From positions 64,001 through 128,000 of IMG/VR virus record IMGVR_UViG_3300032770_000003: a stretch of 64,000 bases of DNA. The stretch is one strand, 5' to 3'. Below are positions 47,279 to 55,531 of the stretch, in pieces (position 1 is the stretch's first letter; the number at the start of each line of letters is the position of its first letter). The notes under the pieces were generated by a model, which ran no database searches, was not told the origin of the DNA, and saw only the letters and a list, made by a program, of their open reading frames with translations. The position numbers and the translations under genes are program-made. This DNA comes from a virus.

Positions 47279-48210
47279 CCGAATGTCCTCCGGACTTCAC
47301 CAGGGCACTCAGGCTTGGGTACGTCATCACCATTTCCGTCGAGAGCTGCGTAGTACCGAGAGAGGTCGTTGACATACGCGCGAATAGCACTCCCCGCGTG
47401 GGCTAGAGCGCGTTCCTGGCTCTCCGTCCGTGGCTTGTAGACGTCATGGGCCCAGTTGGCCAACTTGAGCTGATTGTGTGTCAGCACCTGAATCTCTTTT
47501 CCGTTGCCGTCCTTGTCGCGTACCACCACGTGATACGCGCGATAGTAGCCGCCTTTGGGACTCGTGAGGTAGTCGTCTTCCGTGATCACATCCCAGCGCG
47601 CCTTCACCCGCTCGACAGTCCGCTGGACCTCGTCCGTCGTGTCGACGACGATCCGAACCCCTGTCAGATCCTGGAGGTCAGCAGCCGATGCGTAGTGGGG
47701 CTTGTCGTGGAGCTTGCGGATCGTGCTCTCCAGGCTCTTGAGACGGCCCTCCACCTTGGAGCCTGGTAGCGCTACCTGGCGAACCTCGGACAGGAACCGC
47801 GCGTAGGTCCGCTTGTGATGCAAGATCTCATCCTGAGCGATCGCGACGTGCTCATCAAAGGAGTGCGGTCCAGGCATCTTCTCGCCGAACTCATCGCGCA
47901 GAGCTTGGAGCTGCGGTGTCGTCTCGACGGTATCGTGCCCACGGGCCGCCAGCTCCAGACTCAACGCCTTGAGCATTTCCTCCACGTCGGCACTCGGCTG
48001 ACCGCCTGGATCGTTCTTCTCTGAGCGCCACTGCATCGTGTGCATGAGGGTCATCAGAGCCCGTTTCTTGGCCAGGGCCGCTGCCTGGTTCTCGGTATCC
48101 AGTCCCTCGAAGACTTTCAGGAGATCGAGGATACGATCAGTAGGGACTCGGGAGTCTGTGATCAGACTGTCCAGTCGATCAGTCATCGCATGAATATCTG
48201 CTGCATTCAT
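47266..48210 (-). CDS. Small alarmone synthetase (RelA/SpoT synthetase domain)
   Basis: GRLK...S...K, QDLTGVRIV, DY...PK..YYRAYH and EIQ..T..Q...A...H..YK; ATG 48210 (ATGA overlap). Confidence 0.9.
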   Translation of the reverse strand: MNAADIHAMTDRLDSLITDSRVPTDRILDLLKVFEGLDTENQAAALAKKRALMTLMHTMQWRSEKNDPGGQPSADVEEMLKALSLELAARGHDTVETTPQLQALRDEFGEKMPGPHSFDEHVAIAQDEILHHKRTYARFLSEVRQVALPGSKVEGRLKSLESTIRKLHDKPHYASAADLQDLTGVRIVVDTTDEVQRTVERVKARWDVITEDDYLTSPKGGYYRAYHVVVRDKDGNGKEIQVLTHNQLKLANWAHDVYKPRTESQERALAHAGSAIRAYVNDLSRYYAALDGNGDDVPKPECPGEVRRTFGCLA

Positions 48211-49694
48211 CGACGTCCTGCCCAATCCGCCTCGTAGGCCGCCTGTTCCTGGGGTGTGGCGAAGCCAGGTGCCACCTCCGGTTCTGTGACCTTCGCTCCC
48301 CGCTTCTGCTTGATGACCCTGCCCTCTGCATCGAACTTCTGCTTACCGATGAACTTTTGCTTCGTCTTCGGTTGCCAGTCGTCCGACACGAAACCTCTGT
48401 TTTCTACTATCGTTCGAACGTACTCATCGAAGACGCCGACGTGTGTCCCCACCTGCTCGCGACTGAACGGCACACCCTTCGTCAGGTATTTCTTGACCGC
48501 GTCCTGTACAGCGCTCCTGATGTTTTCAGTCCAGCGCTGCTCACGCTCAACCCGATCAGCCTCACGTCGACGAACCTGCTCAGGAAGGGGGCTGCCGTCG
48601 GACAACCAAGACGTGGTCGTACCGATCTGCTCTGCCCAATGGGCAAACTGGGCACTGAGATCGAACTTGTCGAGCACGCGATTGGCGATGGCACCCCAGC
48701 GCTGATCATCCGCCGGCAGCTGTGCTTTCTGCTTTATCTCCAGCGCACGCGCAGCGATGTGATCTTGGAACTCTTGATTCGAGATCGTCTTGTCATCATC
48801 GAGCCCATCTGCGTATGCGATGAGGTTGGCGAATCGTTCCACATACTGTTTGTATGAAACAGGCTGACCGCTCGGAACAGCCCACTCGTAGTTACCGAAC
48901 GGGTCCTCCACCCGCTCGAAGATCGGTTCGGTTGTTCCTGTCACAGGAAGCCCTAGAAGGTTCTCAGACACGTCACGAACACAGTGTTGCGCCAGTAGCT
49001 CTGTCGTGGCCTCCTCTAGCGCAGCATTCGGACGGTAGGCTGCGTTCCTCTCACCCTCCTCACCGATCAGCGTTCCTTCGTATTGGAAGATGTTGGAGGC
49101 ATGGTGCATGGACTCGTGAACGACCACTCTGACGCCATCCATAGTCCAGTCCCTGACTTTCTTCTCCGTGACGGCTTTGTAGACGTCTATGGCCACACTC
49201 GGAGTGATCTGAATCAGACCAATGCTTCGGTTGTACTCCCCAGCTGCCCAGTTCATCTTGGGGTTCACATCGAAGAACTTCAGAGCGTCAGGATCATTGG
49301 TTGCTTCTGGTCCCTTCAGCTTCCTAGCGATCTCTTTAGCTAGTGTTCGGAACTTGTCCTTGATGACAGGTGTGACCGCTTCTACGGCTTTCTTGGCATT
49401 CGCGCCGAACTCATCATACGAGCCAATGACACCGTAGTTCAGGTCGTCGTATTTGGGCAAGTCAACGGAACTCAGATTCAGGCTCGCTGACCCTTTGAAC
49501 GATGGAACCGGAGTTGGCTTCTCTGCCAACACCGTCTTCGGATCTCTGTCAGTCGCAGGCCGATCAGCTGTAGAGCGAACCCAGCGCTTAGACTGATAGG
49601 TAGTCCCGTCCTTACGGTGAACCTCGACGTCACGAAGGACGAGACCTCCCGCCTTCATGAAGTCGAACAAGCCGAGAACCGGCTCGGTAACCAC
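48207..49694 (-). CDS. Putative head-internal protein with zincin metallopeptidase motif
   Basis: VVHESMH (HExxH) plus downstream EEATTE; N-terminal KA..L....V.RKDG..Y....W motif. Confidence 0.7.
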   Translation of the reverse strand: MVTEPVLGLFDFMKAGGLVLRDVEVHRKDGTTYQSKRWVRSTADRPATDRDPKTVLAEKPTPVPSFKGSASLNLSSVDLPKYDDLNYGVIGSYDEFGANAKKAVEAVTPVIKDKFRTLAKEIARKLKGPEATNDPDALKFFDVNPKMNWAAGEYNRSIGLIQITPSVAIDVYKAVTEKKVRDWTMDGVRVVVHESMHHASNIFQYEGTLIGEEGERNAAYRPNAALEEATTELLAQHCVRDVSENLLGLPVTGTTEPIFERVEDPFGNYEWAVPSGQPVSYKQYVERFANLIAYADGLDDDKTISNQEFQDHIAARALEIKQKAQLPADDQRWGAIANRVLDKFDLSAQFAHWAEQIGTTTSWLSDGSPLPEQVRRREADRVEREQRWTENIRSAVQDAVKKYLTKGVPFSREQVGTHVGVFDEYVRTIVENRGFVSDDWQPKTKQKFIGKQKFDAEGRVIKQKRGAKVTEPEVAPGFATPQEQAAYEADWAGRR

Positions 49695-49715
49695 GCACCC
49701 GACTCCCTTGTGATG

Positions 49716-49949
49716 TCAGCGCTTCGGAGTCGTCTTCGGCGCCGGCTTGGATGCGCTCTTGCCGACCTGGTTGAGCTGATCGGGGTCCACCAAGAGCCCG
49801 TGCTTCATCACCCGCGGCTTGAGCTTCTCATCGCCCGGGTGGACGTAGCCATCATCGGTGGAGTTGGACTTGCTCATCTGAGGTGGCTCCTGTGCGGGTG
49901 CCCCTTCTTTCGAAGGTAGCATGGTTTTGTCGTCGAAGTAGAGAGTCAC
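49716..49949 (-). CDS. Small hypothetical protein
   Basis: 77 aa, GTGA-coupled. Confidence 0.55.
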   Translation of the reverse strand: MTLYFDDKTMLPSKEGAPAQEPPQMSKSNSTDDGYVHPGDEKLKPRVMKHGLLVDPDQLNQVGKSASKPAPKTTPKR

Positions 49950-52900
49950 GTAGCCCTTACCGCCAGTGCCGGCGGAACACCATGGTAGTGCTCAGGCGAG
50001 CTGTGCTCAGCCTGGGTATCGAACTCCGTCTCGGCGGGCGTCTCTGCTGGCGCTGCTGATGCCTCAGGCGCTGACTCGGCCTCACCAGTGTTCACCCAGC
50101 GTTTGGTTTGGTAGGTGCCGCCGTCTTGCCGATGCGCCGTCACCTCCTGCAGCTGCAGCGCCTTCATCATCGACGGGTCGGTGGGAATCTCGGCGTAGTC
50201 ATGCACGGGCACGGAGTGGATCCACTGGCTGAACTCCGTCTCATCCGCCGTCCGATCCGTCAGGTCGATACACACGTACGGCACCGGAATCGTCGCCTCT
50301 GGCAGCGCTGCGGACGCACTCCCGATCAAGCCCTTCGCTTTGGCGTTGGCCTGCAACACCTGCATGACCACAGGGTCAATCAGCACTTCCTGTACGAGCT
50401 GCAAAATGCGTAGCGGGTCCGGTTCCTGGCTGAAGTCATGGCCCCATTCGAGCGCCACCGTCAGCAGTGCCTGATTCACTGCCTGTTCCCAGGACGCGTG
50501 GTAGTAGGCCACCAGGCGCTCCACCTCACGCGCGAAGGTGTGGGTCGCGTGGTAGGTCTGCAGTCCGAGCAGCGACACGCCTTGCATGTCGAGGACACGA
50601 GACAGGTAGTGCGGTCCCATCATCCGCCGCACGTTGGGATCGACCTTGTCGCGACCTTGCGAGGGCACCGAGAAGAGGGGCATTCCCGCGGGCGTGGTGG
50701 TCTTCATCACCACGAACGCAGACAGCATCTTGTTGTCGACGTACACCTTGCGTGACCCCAACGTGACCAGAGATCCGTCGAGGATCACCGAATCAGACGT
50801 GAGCGCCGCCAGCTCGATCGCCCGCATCTTGCCCTGGTCCAACAGAGCCAAGGCAACCGCGGTCATCTGATCTTTCAGCTTGTCCGAGTCGTTGAAGAGC
50901 CCGCTGTAGTACTCCCGCAGACCCGGCAGCCGCGCATCGACGATCGTGTTCTGTTGATTGATGGCCAGCTTGGGGATCGCTCTGATGTCTGAGTGGACAT
51001 AGGTGAACCTGAACTCACCCGTGTTCGGATCACGCCAACGACCAACCCACAGGTTTTTGGGGTCGTAGCGGTTGTACTTGGCGTTCCACTCGATCTGTTC
51101 CGGATCCGCCTCCGGACAGCGGGTGATCTTCCGCCCATCCGGTGTGAAGTATTCAGGGTTCTTGTCGAAGCTGGGCTCAGAGGGATGGAGCTTGGGGTCA
51201 CCGTAGAAGTCAGCTCGATCAGGATCGCCTGACGGCGCGTTGGTGTAGCGAAGCAGATTCCCGTTCTGATCACGATAGAAGTAGCGCGGGTCATCGTCCC
51301 CGCCCTCCTTGTGATCGTAGGAGTGAGTCGGATCGACGTCCTTGTCCCGCGTGAGGATATCGAGGGCTTTGTGCAGGAGCGCCTGCTGCTCCATCAGCAT
51401 GATGACGTAGTTCACGTCGATGGACTTGGTGATGCCCAAGTCGCGGCCCATCCCCGCGTTGTTGAGCACCTCCATCAGCTTCTCGATCTTCTCGGGCTTC
51501 TGACCCTCGGGGGCCGTGCGGATGGCTCGCATGGCGGCCTTCGCCTGAGCGATGATCGGTGCCTTCTCCGGCTTCGTCTGCTCCCACTGCATGAGCGCTT
51601 GAGTCAGGCGAGGCAACACGACCTTGGGGTCGTACATCTGCTTGCGCGCGGCTGTGACCTCAGGATCTGCTAGATGCTCCGACTCTTCCGCTTCCTCCTC
51701 TGTTGCGCTCCGCCGGGCGGCTGCTCCGCCTGCATCGTCTGGTCTGTCTCTCTTGAGCCGCGTCTCTTCATCAGTGGCTGAGCGCTGAGCGTCGGCAAAG
51801 TAGTGGTTGATCTTGCCGTTCTTTCCCGCCAACCAACCAGTGAAGTCCACCTCCCCTTTGGGGTTGTAGAGATCGATCGCGGACTCGATAGCTCGATACC
51901 CGACCGAGTCGGGCAGGAGGTAGACCTGATCCGGCTTCTCCTTGCCCTCCGGGAGATCCTGGCCAATCCACTCGCCCATCACCTCGCGCTTGTTGCCAGC
52001 GAAAAAAGGGCTGTTGGTGTAGCGGTTGGCTGCATCGATCAGCTTGCCCCAGTACTGCTTGGCCGCATGCTGGATGATGTTGTTCTTCTCTTGGGGACTG
52101 ACGTCCAGCTCGCGCTTGCGCGTCTGTGGATCGTAGGTCCACTTGATCGACGGGTGCCGCATCACCTCGTCCATCGAGGGAAGGGCGCGCATGTCGAGCG
52201 GTGGCTTCTCCGGCTCCTTCTCCGCGGCCGTCTCTGGCGCTGCTTCCTCGGTCTTGAGTGCGGGATGCTGTTTCGAAAACTTGCCCTTGGTCGGCGTCCG
52301 CCCCAGCGCCTCCTCAATCGCACCGTACTCGTCATCGAGCTGACTGAGTGCCCGCTGCAGCGAACCCGCGTGCCCCTCACGTCCGGGCTTGCGCAGCTCG
52401 ATCGGGAACGATGGATGGTAGACCAACTTGTACTGGCGGTCAGGGTCGGTCGACCACTCGATCTTGTTCTCTTCCTTGTTCACCTTCCCGATCACGGGAA
52501 TCACGTTGAACCAAGGCCGCCCCTCCGGATCATTCACAGTCTGCGTGTTCGAGGTCTGCAGAAACCAGTGCTCATAGGAGGCGTAGCTCTTGAAGACCTT
52601 CTCCTGCGCAGACTCACCCTCCTTGCTGAAGAGGGGATCCGGTGCGCGATCTGATCGCTTCAGGCTGAGATAACCATTCCGCTTCACCGTCAAGGTCAGA
52701 TCAGCCTTCAGCGCTGAGTGCTTGACGGGAACCTGCTTACCGGGTTCTGACAGAGCTTCCTGCAGCGCTGCCCGGTAGGCTTTCTCTGGCGCGACGTCGA
52801 GCAACGCCTGCTTGACTTCGAAGCTGTGCGACTTTGGTACGACCTGGAAAGTCTGCCGCTGGTGCTCCTCGCCCGTTCGCGGATTGACATAGGTGTGCGC

Positions 52901-53086
52901 GGTGGGCTGTTCGGAGATCTCTGGGACCTGCCCAAACCCTTGGGCGCCACCCGGTTCACTGGCGTATTCGTACGTCCAGTGGTCCCCCTGCCATTCACGA
53001 CGGATGTACTTGTGGCCCGGCCGCTCTGTCGCGCCCTCTGGCGCGGGGCCCTTGAACAGATCGAGCTTCAATCCGTCGATGATCAT
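49946..53086 (-). CDS. Large polyvalent protein: sigma-region-2-like segment and degenerate topoisomerase IB-like domain
   Basis: G..AI..AI..YNP.....F..W (sigma2-like); W.D...G..RF.Y, LP.LR, L.LL..G..R, TY.AT, VA...GH and IDP (topo IB-like layout). Confidence 0.6.
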   Translation of the reverse strand: MIIDGLKLDLFKGPAPEGATERPGHKYIRREWQGDHWTYEYASEPGGAQGFGQVPEISEQPTAHTYVNPRTGEEHQRQTFQVVPKSHSFEVKQALLDVAPEKAYRAALQEALSEPGKQVPVKHSALKADLTLTVKRNGYLSLKRSDRAPDPLFSKEGESAQEKVFKSYASYEHWFLQTSNTQTVNDPEGRPWFNVIPVIGKVNKEENKIEWSTDPDRQYKLVYHPSFPIELRKPGREGHAGSLQRALSQLDDEYGAIEEALGRTPTKGKFSKQHPALKTEEAAPETAAEKEPEKPPLDMRALPSMDEVMRHPSIKWTYDPQTRKRELDVSPQEKNNIIQHAAKQYWGKLIDAANRYTNSPFFAGNKREVMGEWIGQDLPEGKEKPDQVYLLPDSVGYRAIESAIDLYNPKGEVDFTGWLAGKNGKINHYFADAQRSATDEETRLKRDRPDDAGGAAARRSATEEEAEESEHLADPEVTAARKQMYDPKVVLPRLTQALMQWEQTKPEKAPIIAQAKAAMRAIRTAPEGQKPEKIEKLMEVLNNAGMGRDLGITKSIDVNYVIMLMEQQALLHKALDILTRDKDVDPTHSYDHKEGGDDDPRYFYRDQNGNLLRYTNAPSGDPDRADFYGDPKLHPSEPSFDKNPEYFTPDGRKITRCPEADPEQIEWNAKYNRYDPKNLWVGRWRDPNTGEFRFTYVHSDIRAIPKLAINQQNTIVDARLPGLREYYSGLFNDSDKLKDQMTAVALALLDQGKMRAIELAALTSDSVILDGSLVTLGSRKVYVDNKMLSAFVVMKTTTPAGMPLFSVPSQGRDKVDPNVRRMMGPHYLSRVLDMQGVSLLGLQTYHATHTFAREVERLVAYYHASWEQAVNQALLTVALEWGHDFSQEPDPLRILQLVQEVLIDPVVMQVLQANAKAKGLIGSASAALPEATIPVPYVCIDLTDRTADETEFSQWIHSVPVHDYAEIPTDPSMMKALQLQEVTAHRQDGGTYQTKRWVNTGEAESAPEASAAPAETPAETEFDTQAEHSSPEHYHGVPPALAVRAT

Positions 53087-53129
53087 CTCAAGCCGAGAGT
53101 ACTGTCTTCCCGTGCCAATTGGTAGCGGG

Positions 53130-55067
53130 TCAGCCCGCCTTCGGTGGACTCTGTAAGAAGCTTTGCTCGAACCAGCTCATCAAGGGCGTGTCTTGGAATC
53201 CCGCTGCTGGTGAGCTGCCGCCTTGTGGCTGGCCGCCGGCCGTGATCGGTGCAGTCCTGGATCCGAGAGAGTAATCCGTGGAGCCAAGGGGTTGCTTGAC
53301 CGGCAAGCTTGGCGATGGCATCAAGCTGGGCTCGACGGGCGCGACGCCCAACAGATCCTGTTGATCGAGCAAGAAGCCGATGATCTCCTGGCGTGCCTGC
53401 TCTGGCTTGAGCCCCTCGAACGCGCATGCTTCCCCCCAGATCTTCGATGCAATCTCCATCAGCTGGGGATCGGGAACAGATCCGATCCGCCCCAAGAGTT
53501 GCTGGACTCCGTAGAGTGTTTCAACGTCGATCGGCGGTGGTCCCAACGGCATGCCGGTCATGGGGTTGAGGCCCATCATCGGTGCCATCGGATTCATCAT
53601 CGGTGCCGGTACTTCACTGCCCGGTACCGTCGGACCAATGTCGTTCGGCAGCAGCGCCTTTCCAACGTAGCGGCGCTTGCCACCACTGGTCTCTATGTAC
53701 TGTCCACCACGCGGTCCAAACTGTGGTGAGCCACCAAAGGAGTAGCCGTACTCACCGTAAGGAAGCTTCACATTCTCTCCCTCTTCTTTGCCCGGGATCC
53801 CAATATCCCACTCTTTCGGAGTCCTGAGCTTCGGTGCGCGGTAGTTGAATCCATACTTGGCAGCCAACGCTTGATGGACCCTGTGAGCAGCTTCGGAATG
53901 TGCATCACCCTGCACACCACGAACACCGGCGACGTTGTAGGCGTGCGAAAACAGTGCCTCATACATCAGCTTCCCCAACCCCTTCCCGCGATGAGCCTCA
54001 TCCAAGCCTGAGTGCGTTTCCACAGTAGAACCGCCTTCGTCGAACACACCCTGCGTATGGTGCACCGGACCACCGACTGTGCCCACGAGGTTTTGCCCAT
54101 GCCGCAGCTGGGCCTCCATCATCTCATTGTTGATGTTTCCTGTTTTCTCACCACGAAGACCAGTGTGGTTGACGGACAGTGTGTAGCCTTGCTGCTGAAG
54201 ATTCTCCGGCAGCATGTGCGAGTAGTCGAGGTCCTGTTCCCACTTGCCACCGGCGGTTTGCTCCTGCTTTCTTGGCGAACCAATAGGGTTCTGAGCCAAG
54301 GCAGCAGCTTTCTCGATCTCGCGGTAGAAGATGACCCCTCTACCAGACCCCACGTAGTGGTCGTCGTCATTCTCGTCGATGGGCTCAGCGTCGTCAGTAG
54401 CCGATGACTCTAGTCTTGCCGCCATCCGCTCCCGTGCGCCTGGTTTACGTTCTTCAAGCCGATCAACCATTCGGTCAAGGTCCAACGCCTTCTTCGCCTT
54501 GTCGGCGAGCATGCGCTTGAACTCGTCGAGACTCATCTCCTTCATGTCCCCGAAATAGCGCTTGTCGCTGTAGTTCTCCAGGAACGTCGCCTTGGCCTCT
54601 CGAACTGAGACGAAGCCGAGCATGACCTTCTGTTCATCCAGGCGACTGAAGCCGGGTCGCTTCATCTGATCGATGATGAACACCTTGTCGCTGTCATCGT
54701 TCGGGCCCAGAAAGACGTCGATCTCCTCTCCGTCGAGACCCTCTGTCCGGCGGATGTAGCCGTAGGGAACAGACATCTTGGTCTGCCCTGTCTGCTTGGT
54801 CACCGGATCTTGCCAGCTCAGCATCTGACCAGCGTTGGCTTCGATCGAAATCGGAATCCCCTGAAACACCACACGCCGGACGATCTTCCGCTGCAATGCC
54901 TTCTTCCACACAACAGCCTTCGCTGGCGTGGGCGTGAAGACGTCGAAGTGACGAGCCATCTCTAGTTCGTCGGCTGAATGATCATGCTGATCAGTCAGCG
55001 ACTTGGTCAGGCAGCTTCCGCCTCCGCTCGCGCAGTTCGCACAGCAGGATTTCTTCACGTCTGTCAC
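53130..55067 (-). CDS. Polyvalent protein: inorganic pyrophosphatase-like domain + GNAT acetyltransferase
   Basis: G..ISIE..G, YGYI..T.G.DG..IDVF.G and DE.K.MLGF (InPase-like); HRGKGLG..MY (GNAT acetyl-CoA motif). Confidence 0.8.
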   Translation of the reverse strand: MTDVKKSCCANCASGGGSCLTKSLTDQHDHSADELEMARHFDVFTPTPAKAVVWKKALQRKIVRRVVFQGIPISIEANAGQMLSWQDPVTKQTGQTKMSVPYGYIRRTEGLDGEEIDVFLGPNDDSDKVFIIDQMKRPGFSRLDEQKVMLGFVSVREAKATFLENYSDKRYFGDMKEMSLDEFKRMLADKAKKALDLDRMVDRLEERKPGARERMAARLESSATDDAEPIDENDDDHYVGSGRGVIFYREIEKAAALAQNPIGSPRKQEQTAGGKWEQDLDYSHMLPENLQQQGYTLSVNHTGLRGEKTGNINNEMMEAQLRHGQNLVGTVGGPVHHTQGVFDEGGSTVETHSGLDEAHRGKGLGKLMYEALFSHAYNVAGVRGVQGDAHSEAAHRVHQALAAKYGFNYRAPKLRTPKEWDIGIPGKEEGENVKLPYGEYGYSFGGSPQFGPRGGQYIETSGGKRRYVGKALLPNDIGPTVPGSEVPAPMMNPMAPMMGLNPMTGMPLGPPPIDVETLYGVQQLLGRIGSVPDPQLMEIASKIWGEACAFEGLKPEQARQEIIGFLLDQQDLLGVAPVEPSLMPSPSLPVKQPLGSTDYSLGSRTAPITAGGQPQGGSSPAAGFQDTPLMSWFEQSFLQSPPKAG

Positions 55068-55210
55068 GCCGCCTTCGGACCGTCGCCGTCCCCTTCATCG
55101 TCATCGTCGTCAGGGTCAAACCAGAAGGGGTCGGGGCGGTACATGGCACCAGGCTCCGCGGTGCCATCATCGCCTTCGAGCGGGAGTTGTTCGTCATCAG
55201 GAGGAGCCAT
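55064..55210 (-). CDS. 48-aa acidic protein
   Basis: Read by hand: MAPPDDEQLPLEG...DPFWFDPDDDDDEG...KAA*; GTGA overlap with the next gene. Confidence 0.5.
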   Translation of the reverse strand: MAPPDDEQLPLEGDDGTAEPGAMYRPDPFWFDPDDDDDEGDGDGPKAA

Positions 55211-55213
55211 ATG

Positions 55214-55474
55214 TCAGAAGCCTTTCTTAGGAGGAGGCGTCGGCAACAGATGTCTGTGGTCGTACTCATTCAACCTGTGGTCGCACTCGTTCAGCTTGGC
55301 GTCCATCTCGTACACGTGTTCAGTCAGACCAGCCATTTTGTTCGCGAGATCGTGTACGCGTTTGCGCAGCATATTGAGTTCTCGTGCCGTGTTTCGCGAC
55401 TGCCAGAGCATGCCACCGAATGTCGAAGCTACCGCCAAAGCACTAATAATCAGCGTGATGTCGAGATTAACCAT
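55214..55474 (-). CDS. Small membrane protein (one TM + coiled coil)
   Basis: Hydrophobic N-terminus followed by a heptad region. Confidence 0.6.
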   Translation of the reverse strand: MVNLDITLIISALAVASTFGGMLWQSRNTARELNMLRKRVHDLANKMAGLTEHVYEMDAKLNECDHRLNEYDHRHLLPTPPPKKGF

Positions 55475-55531
55475 CGGGTTAAGAGTAGCGTCACCCGACC
55501 TGACCTTTGCAAAGATTTCTTGCAGTGCTGC

